A stretch of DNA of 64,000 nt from an uncultured Gammaproteobacteria bacterium (GTDB lineage Bacteria > Pseudomonadota > Gammaproteobacteria > JACCXJ01). The position numbers and the translations under genes were made by a program. The DNA lies in NCBI GenBank assembly GCA_963764725.1, contig CAVXTM010000001.1, forward strand, positions 288,001 through 352,000, in the 5' to 3' direction. Below are positions 1 to 9,110 of the stretch, in pieces (the first letter of the stretch is position 1; each line of letters begins with the position of its first letter). The notes under the pieces are model-generated. The model was not told the origin of the DNA and did no database searches. It saw only the letters and a program-made list of their open reading frames with translations.

Positions 1-129
1 GTTGACTTCCTTCCCATTTCTGCGAATCGTGATCTCGCATTGAAAGCGCGACGCCAGTTGCACGAAACGCGCGGCCGCGCGGGCATGCAAGCCGAGCTTA
101 TTTACGATCCGAACATTACGGAACATCAT
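1..129 (-). CDS. ptsH: HPr/NPr phosphocarrier protein, 5' part (truncated by window edge)
   Basis: Not in the ORF track. Manual minus-strand translation from ATG at 129: MMFRNVRIVNKLGLHARAAARFVQLASRFQCEITIRRNGKEVN, with the HPr GLHARAA phospho-His motif; follows EIIA in the rpoN cluster. Confidence 0.93.
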   Translation of the reverse strand, partial: MMFRNVRIVNKLGLHARAAARFVQLASRFQCEITIRRNGKEVN

Positions 130-135
130 CCACGG

Positions 136-531
136 TTAATCCGTATCGCTAATTTCCACGATCCCGTCGCGACCGCCGGTAATGGCCTTGTCGACGAGTC
201 GCTCCAGTCCAAGATCGGCGTAGTTCAGTACTCGGAGCAGCATCGGCAGATTGACGCCGGTTACGATTTTCACGCGCGCTTCACCCAGCAGCCGGGTCGC
301 GATATTGCACGGTGTGGCGCCGCAGATATCCGTCAGGACGAGCACGCCGTCGCCTTGATCTAGCGCTTGGATCATGGCGCTGGCTTGAGCGTGCGCTCGT
401 TCCGGCTCACAGTCGCGTCCGATGCTGACGACGGCGAGCGGCAGCGGCTGTGGTCCGAGCGTCTTTACCGCAATATCGCGAAGCGACTCACCGACGTTGT
501 CGTGTCCGATGATCAAAATGCCGACGCTCAT
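136..531 (-). CDS. PTS EIIA component, mannose/fructose type
   Basis: Motifs ILIIGH, GVLVLTDICGATPCN, GVNLPML; sits between rapZ and HPr. Confidence 0.9.
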   Translation of the reverse strand: MSVGILIIGHDNVGESLRDIAVKTLGPQPLPLAVVSIGRDCEPERAHAQASAMIQALDQGDGVLVLTDICGATPCNIATRLLGEARVKIVTGVNLPMLLRVLNYADLGLERLVDKAITGGRDGIVEISDTD

Positions 532-1412
532 ATGAGGCCTGTCCCGTCGCGGTGGGTTACGAGCACATGCCGTCCTTGCGAGCTAAGATGGGACGCCAGG
601 CGTTCCACGATATACACCGACCGATGGTGCCCGCCGGTGCATCCCACGGCGACCGTTAAATAACTGCGTTGGTCCGCTTCAAACCGAGGTAACCAAGAGT
701 CCAAGAACGCACGGAGCTGAGCGGTCATGTCGTGCGCGAGCGGCGCCGCCTCCAAGAATTCGATGACGGGAGGATCGCGTCCGGAGAGGTCGCGTAACCG
801 CGGTTCCCAATGCGGATTGGGTAAGCAGCGTACATCGAAAACGAAATCGGCGTCCACGGGCAGACCGTGCTTGAATCCAAACGAGATAAGTTGTACCGAC
901 ATGATGTTGGCTTGCTTTTGTGCGACTCGTTCCCGCACCAGAGCCCGCAACTGGTGGACCGAGGTGCGGCTTGTGTCTATGCGTAAATCCGCGTACTCCG
1001 CGAGCGGTCCAAGCAAACGCCGCTCCTCGTGAATGGCGACCGTGAGCGACACTTCAGTTGCGGAGAGCGGGTGCTTGCGGCGCGTCTCACTAAAGCGCCT
1101 TAGCAAAGCGTCGTCGCCGGCCTCCACAAATACAAGCTCAACCGCAAACTCGCTGCTTTGCTGTTGCCGCAAAAACCGCGGGAAGTTCGTCAATGCATCG
1201 GCGGGATTACGAGCATCGATGCCGATAGCAACGTTTTCGTAAAGCGGTTGCTCGGCCGAGCGAATTTGAGAGAACAATTCCGGCGCCAGACCGATGGGGA
1301 GGCTATCGATACAGTAATAGCTCAGATCCTCGAGGACATTGAGCACGGTGGTCTTTCCCGCACCCGACATACCCGTGACAATGATCAACCTCCGGGCCAC
1401 GGCAACCCTCAA
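528..1412 (-). CDS. rapZ: RNase adapter RapZ (P-loop protein)
   Basis: TGMSGAGKT Walker A, SFGFKHG, FDVRCLPNP, GCTGGHHRSV. Confidence 0.96.
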   Translation of the reverse strand: MRVAVARRLIIVTGMSGAGKTTVLNVLEDLSYYCIDSLPIGLAPELFSQIRSAEQPLYENVAIGIDARNPADALTNFPRFLRQQQSSEFAVELVFVEAGDDALLRRFSETRRKHPLSATEVSLTVAIHEERRLLGPLAEYADLRIDTSRTSVHQLRALVRERVAQKQANIMSVQLISFGFKHGLPVDADFVFDVRCLPNPHWEPRLRDLSGRDPPVIEFLEAAPLAHDMTAQLRAFLDSWLPRFEADQRSYLTVAVGCTGGHHRSVYIVERLASHLSSQGRHVLVTHRDGTGLI

Positions 1413-2425
1413 ACCGCTTTATCGAGCAAAGCGCGTTGTCTGTGCATAAAATCGTCGGCCGAGTTATAACCGCTCATGCGCAAGATGTGGTTACGGGCGG
1501 CACACTCGACCAATACCGCTAAGTTACGGCCAGCCGTCACGGGGAGGACGATCTCCGGGAAATCCAGTCCCAGGACCCGGCGCGTACTATAGCTTCCTTC
1601 CAGGCGATCGAGGTTAATCAAGCCTTCACCCTCCAATCGCTCCAGGCGAATGATCAAGCGCAAATACTTGTTGCTTCGCAAGGCCCCCGCGCCTAAAAGC
1701 TCACGAACGTTCAAGATGCCAAGCCCGCGCACCTCGAGGAAATCGAGCAGGCCCTTCGGACACGTGCCGTTGACGATATCGGGGGCGATGCGCGAAAACT
1801 CCGGCGCGTCGTCCGCGATCAATCGGTGTCCGCGCGTGATGAGCTCCAGAGCCAATTCGCTCTTTCCAACCCCGCTCTCACCGGTGAGCAATACGCCTAT
1901 GGACATCACCTCCAGGTATACCCCGTGCAGCGTCACCACCTCGGCCAAAAGATTCGACAGGTAGTAATGCAGGTCATCGGAGAGCTTATTGCTCGCGAGC
2001 GTCGAGGTGAAAAGCGGCGTGCTGCTTTCCTCGCACGCCCTGCCTAGCTGCTCTGGCACGGGCTGGCTGTCGGCGACGACGATACAATGGGGTTCGTGAC
2101 TCAGCAATTGCCGGATCGCATCCTCGCGCGAGATCGCGCGCAACCCGGACAGATATTGGATCTCGGAGGATCCCAGCACCTGGATCTGGTTCGGATGAAT
2201 CAAATTCAGGTGGCCCACCAAGGATTTCTCGGAGCCCAGGCCTGCGCTGTGATCGTGCCTTGTTTCCAGGGTGCTGATATGGTCCCCGACGATCTTCCTC
2301 CTGGTCTCGGGGTGCACCTCATCGGACCTAATCGATCGCCCCCCGCCCGCACGCCCGGCCACCCACTTGAGCGCAAGCCGCTCGGAATGGATCTCGAATA
2401 ACTCGCTAATTGTGACCGACTGCAT
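1409..2425 (-). CDS. hprK: HPr kinase/phosphorylase
   Basis: LHGV, GESGVGKSELAL, LIADD, LEVRGLGI, GRNLAVLVE. Confidence 0.96.
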   Translation of the reverse strand: MQSVTISELFEIHSERLALKWVAGRAGGGRSIRSDEVHPETRRKIVGDHISTLETRHDHSAGLGSEKSLVGHLNLIHPNQIQVLGSSEIQYLSGLRAISREDAIRQLLSHEPHCIVVADSQPVPEQLGRACEESSTPLFTSTLASNKLSDDLHYYLSNLLAEVVTLHGVYLEVMSIGVLLTGESGVGKSELALELITRGHRLIADDAPEFSRIAPDIVNGTCPKGLLDFLEVRGLGILNVRELLGAGALRSNKYLRLIIRLERLEGEGLINLDRLEGSYSTRRVLGLDFPEIVLPVTAGRNLAVLVECAARNHILRMSGYNSADDFMHRQRALLDKAV

Positions 2426-2891
2426 AGCTTCGCGGGCGATCCGGCCATGCGCTCAGTAGCTCATAGAGCGTGTCGGCGTCGGTACATGCCCTGATCCGGG
2501 ACACAAAGTCCTCATCGCTGAACATTTCCGCAAGCTCGGCTAGAATCCTTAGATGCTCGTCGTGGCAACGGGCGGGAACCAGTAACGCAAAAAAAAGATC
2601 GACGGGCTTCTCATCGATGGCGTCGAAATCAACGCCGGTCTTGGTATAAATAAACGCCCCAAGGGGGTGATCGCCGTGCGCGGTCCGGCCGTGCGGGATC
2701 GCAATCCCGCGCCCCAATGCGGTGCTACCGAGCCGTTCCCGCGTGATCAGACTATGGAACACCTCGTCACTGGTTAACGTCTCTGGTAGATCCGCGATCA
2801 ACCTTGCTAAGGCTTCGAGCACGCCTTTTTTGCTGCATACATCGACCTGGACGGCGACGCGATCGCGGACCAGGATCTCATCTATACCCAT
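2406..2891 (-). CDS. ptsN: PTS EIIA-Ntr nitrogen regulatory protein
   Basis: RERLGSTALGRGIAIPHGR, DFDAIDEKPVDLFFALLVP; downstream of hpf. Confidence 0.94.
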   Translation of the reverse strand: MGIDEILVRDRVAVQVDVCSKKGVLEALARLIADLPETLTSDEVFHSLITRERLGSTALGRGIAIPHGRTAHGDHPLGAFIYTKTGVDFDAIDEKPVDLFFALLVPARCHDEHLRILAELAEMFSDEDFVSRIRACTDADTLYELLSAWPDRPRSYAVGHN

Positions 2892-2936
2892 CGCTTATTC
2901 TCTATGTTCCGTGCGCTATGACTCTAAGCACCCCCT

Positions 2937-3251
2937 CTACGTTTTGCGCCCGCCGTCCCCGCGATGATGATCCGTTATTTTGTCTTTGTGTTTCAGCAGC
3001 TGGCGGTCTAGTTTGTCCACTAATGCGTCGATCGCCGCGTACATATCGTCGTGCTCGGCGTCCGCGAACAGATGACCGCCCGCGACGCGCATCTTGGCCT
3101 CCGCGCGTTGCCGCTGCTTCTCGATGGCCAAAATGACGTGTATTGCCGTAACGTGATCGAAATGCCGCTCCATCCTTTCAAATTTTGTCTCGACGTAATT
3201 GCGGATCGCGTCCGTAACTTCCATATGGTGACCGGAAACGTTTATCTGCAT
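2937..3251 (-). CDS. hpf: Ribosome hibernation promoting factor (short HPF)
   Basis: MQINVSGHHMEVT...DMYAAID...KLDRQL; follows rpoN. Confidence 0.95.
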   Translation of the reverse strand: MQINVSGHHMEVTDAIRNYVETKFERMERHFDHVTAIHVILAIEKQRQRAEAKMRVAGGHLFADAEHDDMYAAIDALVDKLDRQLLKHKDKITDHHRGDGGRKT

Positions 3252-3379
3252 GGCAACTCCCGATAATTAGAATTGGCTAAAGAGAACCTCTGAGCATGCC
3301 CGTTCTTTCCTGCGACTTGACGCAGTTCTTGCCGCGTTTCGCAAGAGCTGCAACCGAATGTGCGGGTGTCGCTGCACCG

Positions 3380-4855
3380 CTACACGAGGCGTTTTCTTTC
3401 ATTCGAGGGCGGAATAGCCATGGCCTCGCGGTACTTAGCGACGGTCCGCCTGGCGACGTTAATCCCTTGCTCCGATAACACCGCCGCGAGCTTGCTATCG
3501 CTCAAGGGTTTCAACGAGTTCTCGGCGGCGATTAGTTTTCTGATGACGGCGCGTATGGCTGTTGACGAACACTCGCCGCCCGCGGAAGTGCTCAAATGAC
3601 TGGAGAAAAAATACTTGAGCTCATAAATTCCCCTGGGCGTGTGCATGTACTTGCGGGTCGTTACGCGCGAAATCGTTGATTCGTGCATGCCCAATACCTC
3701 GGCGATATCGTGCAGAACCAGCGGCTTCATCGCCACATCACCGTGTTCTAGGAAAGCGCGCTGACGCTCAACGATGGCCGTTGCGACCCGCAATAATGTC
3801 TGACTTCGGCTTTGCAGGCTTTTTATAAACCATCGTGCTTCTTGCAGGTGTGTCCGCAGCGAGGTGTTATCCTGGCTGTTGTCGGCCCGGCGCACCATGC
3901 TCGCGTAATAGGGATTAACGCGCAGGTGCGGAACTACCTCGGCATTTAATTCAACCTGCCACGCACCGGCTTTTTTTCGTACGTGGACGTCCGGTACGAT
4001 ATATTCCACTCGGGCATCCTGAAGGTGCGCCCCGGGGCGCGGATTCATGGTCTGGATCAGTGCGACCACCTGTTGCAGTTCCTCCCTGCTCAACTTCATG
4101 CGCCGCGCCAAGCGTACGTAATCACGCTCGGCGAGGAGGTCGAAATGCTTTTCCACTAAATGCCTAGCTTGATCCAGCCATGGACTACCGCCGTCTTGCT
4201 GATCCAGTTGGATAGACAAACACTCTTGCAGGCTGCGCGCCGCAACCCCCGGGGGATCCAAGCGCTGCACCCAATGCAGAACGGCCTCGATTTCGTCGAG
4301 CTCGATTTGGTCTTGATTGACGGATTGGCGCAGCTCATCAAGACTTGTTCTTAAGAAACCATCATTGTCCAGCGCATCGACGATCGCATAGGCAATCGCT
4401 TTGTCTATATCACTGATCGACGACAGATTGGTTTGCCACAGCAGATGGTCCTTCAGCGATTCGTCCGCGGTGCGCTGATTCTCAATTTCAAAACCGGCGT
4501 GGTCCCCCGAAACGGTTTGGGGCATTGACGCGTCATAGACATCATCCCATGCGCTATCGACCGGAAGTTCCTCGGGAATATCCTGGCCGATCGCGGCGCC
4601 GGCTACATCTTCGACCTCACTCGCGACTTTTGGCGTCTCCGCGTGCGGGAGGCTTTCGGTGTCCTGCAACTTCGAGCTCCCGTAGCCGTCTTCGTGCTCA
4701 TCCTCTACCGCCTCCAACATCATGTTAGACTCAAGCGCCTGCTGGATTTCCAGGCTCAGTTCTACGGTGGACAGTTGCAACAAGCGAATCGCTTGCTGTA
4801 ACTGGGGGGTCATGATGAGGCTCTGCCCTAAGCGTTGCTGCAGTGCTTGCTTCAT
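3380..4855 (-). CDS. rpoN: RNA polymerase sigma-54 factor
   Basis: Gln/Leu-rich N-terminus MTPQLQQAIRLLQ, HESTISR, RpoN box ARRTVAKYRE. Confidence 0.98.
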   Translation of the reverse strand: MKQALQQRLGQSLIMTPQLQQAIRLLQLSTVELSLEIQQALESNMMLEAVEDEHEDGYGSSKLQDTESLPHAETPKVASEVEDVAGAAIGQDIPEELPVDSAWDDVYDASMPQTVSGDHAGFEIENQRTADESLKDHLLWQTNLSSISDIDKAIAYAIVDALDNDGFLRTSLDELRQSVNQDQIELDEIEAVLHWVQRLDPPGVAARSLQECLSIQLDQQDGGSPWLDQARHLVEKHFDLLAERDYVRLARRMKLSREELQQVVALIQTMNPRPGAHLQDARVEYIVPDVHVRKKAGAWQVELNAEVVPHLRVNPYYASMVRRADNSQDNTSLRTHLQEARWFIKSLQSRSQTLLRVATAIVERQRAFLEHGDVAMKPLVLHDIAEVLGMHESTISRVTTRKYMHTPRGIYELKYFFSSHLSTSAGGECSSTAIRAVIRKLIAAENSLKPLSDSKLAAVLSEQGINVARRTVAKYREAMAIPPSNERKRLV

Positions 4856-4955
4856 AAATGCTGGTTCCGGCGCGCTAGGGCAGAGTCTTTGCGTGTATAA
4901 GTTTCATTTTAACGCAATTTTCATCGCCGGTATCCGCCAGCTCGCGCTTCAAGCA

Positions 4956-5564
4956 TTATTTATCGGTGCCTGGCGCGGGCCCCTCTACCCGCCGGAGCCG
5001 CGCCCGATAGGCGCTAGACCAGGAGGGAACCACGGACCGCCGGATCCCGGTCAGCCGTCGCCACCAATAGCCTGCCCGGAGATCCGACACCCGCACCGCT
5101 CCGGTTCGGACACTCGGCGCATGCACGAATTTGTTTTGACCCATATATATTCCAACATGGGTATAGGGGCGGTCGGCGGTCTGGAAGAACAGCAAGTCGC
5201 CGGGTAGACGGGCTGCCAAGGGCACCTGCGGTAAAGCAGACGCCATGGATACTGTATCGCGCGGGAGCACGATTCCATGCCTGGCATAGACATATCTCAC
5301 AAAGCCGCTGCAGTCGAAACCTTCCTCGGGCGAATCACCGCCGTAACGATACGCCACCCCGGTCAGGCTCAAGGCGGTCGCTACGATTTCCGGTGGACCG
5401 TCGAGCGCCGCGGCCGGTTCGCGATGCGTGAGGCTTCCCGCACACCCCGCGAGAACAGTCAGACTCACTACCAGGCCACCGCGCGCGACATGAATCTTTC
5501 GTCGCCGGTTTCGTAAGAAGGTGTCTACGGTGTTATAGGTGCGGACCGCCGCCATAATCGCCAC
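4956..5564 (-). CDS. NlpC/P60 (C40) peptidoglycan endopeptidase, probable lipoprotein
   Basis: YRYGG, GFDCSGFV catalytic Cys, PGDLLFF, HVGIY; lipobox LAGC after a basic then hydrophobic stretch. Exact start uncertain (overlaps the upstream gene). Confidence 0.9.
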   Translation of the reverse strand: MAIMAAVRTYNTVDTFLRNRRRKIHVARGGLVVSLTVLAGCAGSLTHREPAAALDGPPEIVATALSLTGVAYRYGGDSPEEGFDCSGFVRYVYARHGIVLPRDTVSMASALPQVPLAARLPGDLLFFQTADRPYTHVGIYMGQNKFVHAPSVRTGAVRVSDLRAGYWWRRLTGIRRSVVPSWSSAYRARLRRVEGPAPGTDK

Positions 5565-6538
5565 AGGCTCTTCACGGTAATTTCGAAATGACAGCCTTCG
5601 GTATAAAGATCGACCTGCCCTAAGCGTCCCAGTCTTAGTCTCGTGAGAAGCGGCTGGAACCAGTCTCGATCAAGGCGCGCGACCTCTTCAAGGCAGGCCT
5701 GGTGATCGTGAGCGCCCTGCTCCTCGGGGAAAACCACCAAGCATTCGGTCGCCGGCCCGGCTTGCTCCAGCAGCGCTCCAAAACTCTCGGGCAGGGGCGA
5801 GGGCGCGCAACCGCCGAGGACCGCTAGGCCCGTCATGATGGGTTCCGCGCCCCATACGGTGCGACCGGGAACCGCGGCGACAGGCGGCAAGCTACCCGCT
5901 CCCCAAAACCATAGGCTATTGATGGCCGGCTCACCGCGGTCCTCCCGCTCGCGGTTGACCGCGGAATCATGTAACACCATTTGGACCTCGTTCATAAGCC
6001 GCACCCACTGTTTAGCGTCCCTGCCCTGCGGCAAAAAACCCTCTAAGTGCCGCGTGGCCACTGCCGAAGGCGGCCACGTGTTAATCGCCGCCGCGTCTTC
6101 GAGCCGCACATACCAGCGCTTGGGATCGCGCCCCACCATGATCTCGATCGCATGGGCTGCCAACGCGGCATTTAGATCACTCACTAGCCGCCGGGCTTCG
6201 TTCATACCGAGGCTATAGCTACGGCCATCGAACAGGATCAGCTTGGCTAGGTCCGGTTGAAGATGCACTGGATCGGCGCGCATCCACCCACCGCCGTGCT
6301 CGGAGGTAAAATCGGCGAGATGAGTGATCGCCGCGACCGGGAGATCATACTCTCGATGTTCCTCGACGCCGAAGAGGCGACAGATGAGGGTCTCGTAACA
6401 CGTGCCGTCGTCCACCCGCGCCGCGCGCGCGAGCAAGATCGCTAACGCCCGGACGCGATGCTCCGCGCCAGCGTCAAACCGTAATCGATCCGAGTGCGAT
6501 CCAAAGAGCCCGGGAACTACCAGCGTTAGCCGCGGCAC
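5525..6538 (-). CDS. RpfE-like / phosphoglycerate mutase-related protein of unclear function
   Basis: Family-like motifs WMRADPVHL, LMNEVQMVLH..VN..RE..G...INSLWFWGAG, C-terminal LWRLWRR. Confidence 0.7.
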   Translation of the reverse strand: MPRLTLVVPGLFGSHSDRLRFDAGAEHRVRALAILLARAARVDDGTCYETLICRLFGVEEHREYDLPVAAITHLADFTSEHGGGWMRADPVHLQPDLAKLILFDGRSYSLGMNEARRLVSDLNAALAAHAIEIMVGRDPKRWYVRLEDAAAINTWPPSAVATRHLEGFLPQGRDAKQWVRLMNEVQMVLHDSAVNREREDRGEPAINSLWFWGAGSLPPVAAVPGRTVWGAEPIMTGLAVLGGCAPSPLPESFGALLEQAGPATECLVVFPEEQGAHDHQACLEEVARLDRDWFQPLLTRLRLGRLGQVDLYTEGCHFEITVKSLWRLWRRSAPITP

Positions 6539-6559
6539 GATCTCCCGAAAACCGTCAAA

Positions 6560-6760
6560 TCAGCGTCGAAACAGCCACAAAACCAGGGAGACGATTAAGC
6601 TGATGAGCAGACCGGTCACGATCGGGAAATAGAGCCTGAAACCGCCGCGTTCAATGACGATATCGCCCGGCAAACGCCCCAAGCCCAACTTCGTCACCCA
6701 CGGCCAGAGGAGGCCAATCGCGACCAGCAGCAGCCCGAGCGTAACCAATACCCGCGGCAT
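6560..6760 (-). CDS. DUF2905 small membrane protein
   Basis: LGRLPGDIVIER...FYFPIVT-like signature (LYFPIVT) with two hydrophobic helices. Confidence 0.85.
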   Translation of the reverse strand: MPRVLVTLGLLLVAIGLLWPWVTKLGLGRLPGDIVIERGGFRLYFPIVTGLLISLIVSLVLWLFRR

Positions 6761-6764
6761 GCTT

Positions 6765-7421
6765 TCAGCTTAGCGCCTTAACGCCCGTTTCCGTCCCAAT
6801 GATCAGAAGATCCGCAGGGCGGCGCGCGAAGATCCCGTTGCTTACGACACCCGCAATGTGATTGATCTCGGCCTCCATCTTGGCGGGGTCCAGCAGCGAA
6901 AGATTACGCACATCCAAGATAACGTTGCCGTCATCGGTGATATAACCGGTTCGCCATAGCGGCTGACCTCCGAGCTTCACTAGCTCGCGGGCGACGTAGC
7001 TCCTGGCCATGGAGAGCACCTCGATCGGCAGAGGATAGCGGCCGAGGACATCAACGAGCTTGCTGTCATCGACGATACATAGAAATCGCCGACTCGCGGC
7101 AGCAACGATTTTTTCACGCGTGAGCGCGCCGCCGCCGCCCTTGATCAATTGCAGGTGCTTAGTGGCCTCATCCGCGCCATCGATATAAAGGGGTAGCCCG
7201 CCGGTGTGGTTGAGGTCGACGATCGCGATGCCGCGCTCCTTCAGCCGCGTCTCCGTCGTCTTAGAGCTTGGAACGGCGCCCTCAATCCGGTGTTTTACCC
7301 GCGCCAATATATCGATGAAGAGGTTCATCGTCGTCCCGCTACCCACCCCGATGACGGCGCCCGCTTCAATATGCTCGATCGCAGCCTCAGCCGCGCGGCG
7401 TTTCTTTTCGTCCTGAGTCAC
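6765..7421 (-). CDS. rpiA: Ribose-5-phosphate isomerase A
   Basis: [27 protein letters not shown]. Confidence 0.96.
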   Translation of the reverse strand: MTQDEKKRRAAEAAIEHIEAGAVIGVGSGTTMNLFIDILARVKHRIEGAVPSSKTTETRLKERGIAIVDLNHTGGLPLYIDGADEATKHLQLIKGGGGALTREKIVAAASRRFLCIVDDSKLVDVLGRYPLPIEVLSMARSYVARELVKLGGQPLWRTGYITDDGNVILDVRNLSLLDPAKMEAEINHIAGVVSNGIFARRPADLLIIGTETGVKALS

Positions 7422-7438
7422 GTGAACAGGCCGTTCAA

Positions 7439-7447
7439 TGGTATCTT
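7439..7447 (+). promoter_or_regulatory. Putative extended -10 promoter (TGgTATCTT) for ilvA
   Basis: TGn-TAnnnT ending 7 nt before ATG 7455; no Shine-Dalgarno; intergenic gap to divergent rpiA is only ~33 bp. Confidence 0.45.
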
Positions 7448-7454
7448 AATGGTC

Positions 7455-8972
7455 ATGATAGACGAGTATGTGAAGCTTATCCTCACGGCGCGCGTTTACA
7501 ACGTTGCTAAGAAAACACCGCTCGACCTGGCGCCCGAGCTGTCGCGCCGGCTCGATAACACGGTATGGTTAAAGCGCGAAGACCTCCAGCCGGTATTCTC
7601 TTACAAACTCCGCGGCGCGTACAATCTGATGTCGCACCTCAGTCCGGCCGAACGCCAACGCGGTGTCATCGCCGCCTCGGCAGGGAACCATGCCCAAGGG
7701 GTTGCGTTGGCCGCCCAGCGTCTCGATCTGCGCGCGATCATCGTGATGCCGAAAACAACACCCGAGATAAAGGTAGCCGCGGTACGGCGTCTGGGAGCCG
7801 ACATCGTGCTTCACGGAAATACCTATGACGATGCTTGCGAGCATGCGCATCGGCTCGAGGAGGAACGCGGGTTGTGCTTCGTTCACCCTTACGACCACCC
7901 CTTGGTGATCGCCGGCCAAGGCACCGTAGGAAAGGAGATCCTCGAACAACACTCGGGCGATCTACACGCGATCTTCGTTCCCGTCGGTGGCGGCGGACTC
8001 ATTGCCGGAATCGCCGCCTACGTCAAACAATTGATGCCGGCGATTAAGGTCATCGGGGTCGAATCCGACGAAGCGCCCAGCATGCGAGAGGCGCTCAAGG
8101 TCGGGAAACGTATAGTGCTGGAGCACATCGGGATCTTCGCCGACGGCGCGGCCGTCCGCCAGGTGGGCGCGGAACCGTTTCGCATCGCGCAGAAGTTCGT
8201 CGATGAAGTGCTGTTGGTCACTAACGACGAGATATGCGCGGCGGTCAAGGACACGTTCGAAGATACTCGTTCAATTCCCGAGCCGGCCGGGGCGCTGGCG
8301 CTCGCCGGCTTGAAACAGTATGTCACCGGCACCAAGCTCAGTGGCTGCAACCTCGTGGCGATTTTTAGCGGTGCTAACGTCAACTTCGATCGGCTGCGCC
8401 ATATCGCCGAGCTCGCGGAGCTCGGCGAACAGCGCGAGGCGCTCCTCGGGGTCACCATTCCCGAACACCCGGGGAGCTTTCGGGCATTTTGCCACGCGAT
8501 CGGGGCGCGATCGATCACCGAATTCAACTATCGTTACGCCGACCTGCGCGACGCCAAGGTGTTCGCCGGGATCCAGCTGCGTCACGGTGTCACGGAAAAA
8601 AACGCCTTGATCGTCTCGCTCCAAGAAAAGGGTTATCCGGTGGCTGATCTCTCGAACAACGACATGGCCAAGGTCCATATCCGCTATATGGTGGGAGGGC
8701 GCGCCGGACCAATCGCCGACGAGATCTTGTTCCGATTCGAGTTCCCGGAACGCCCCGGGGCGCTGCTGCATTTCTTAACCGAGTTGGGCGATCGCTGGAA
8801 CATCAGCCTGTTTCACTATCGCAACCATGGAGCCGCCTATGGGCGGGTGTTAGTGGGGATCCAGGTCCCGGAGCGCGAGCGGAAAGGTTTCGACGCGTTT
8901 CTGAACGCACTCGGGCTCGTTCACGCGGAAGAAACGGAGAATCCGGCCTACGCCATGTTCTTGCGTCAATGA
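7455..8972 (+). CDS. ilvA: Threonine ammonia-lyase, biosynthetic
   Basis: KREDLQPVFSYKLRGA (PLP lysine), SAGNHAQG, C-terminal regulatory repeats (FPERPGAL). Start moved from 7206, which overlaps rpiA, to 7455 (7449 is an alternative). Confidence 0.97.
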   Translation: MIDEYVKLILTARVYNVAKKTPLDLAPELSRRLDNTVWLKREDLQPVFSYKLRGAYNLMSHLSPAERQRGVIAASAGNHAQGVALAAQRLDLRAIIVMPKTTPEIKVAAVRRLGADIVLHGNTYDDACEHAHRLEEERGLCFVHPYDHPLVIAGQGTVGKEILEQHSGDLHAIFVPVGGGGLIAGIAAYVKQLMPAIKVIGVESDEAPSMREALKVGKRIVLEHIGIFADGAAVRQVGAEPFRIAQKFVDEVLLVTNDEICAAVKDTFEDTRSIPEPAGALALAGLKQYVTGTKLSGCNLVAIFSGANVNFDRLRHIAELAELGEQREALLGVTIPEHPGSFRAFCHAIGARSITEFNYRYADLRDAKVFAGIQLRHGVTEKNALIVSLQEKGYPVADLSNNDMAKVHIRYMVGGRAGPIADEILFRFEFPERPGALLHFLTELGDRWNISLFHYRNHGAAYGRVLVGIQVPERERKGFDAFLNALGLVHAEETENPAYAMFLRQ

Positions 8973-9110
8973 CCAGCCGATGCCTGCATCCGACCGACTC
9001 TTCGACTACGGCAGGCCGCGTATGCGCCACGAAGCCATGGTTTACCGATACGCGCGGGTTTAAATGCATCGCTTCGAGCGACTAGCGCCTAGAACCGGCC
9101 GACCTTGACC

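Noticed and set aside
3252-3379. Sigma-54 promoter candidates here and at ~9815 and ~24258
   Set aside because: GG and GC are not separated by the required 10 nt.
7206-7454. N-terminal extensions in the ORF track for ilvA, murB, murC, ftsW, ftsI, ftsL, rsmI, gmhA and hisC
   Set aside because: Longest-ORF artefacts overlapping neighbouring genes; downstream starts fit family N-termini, RBSs or stop-start coupling.
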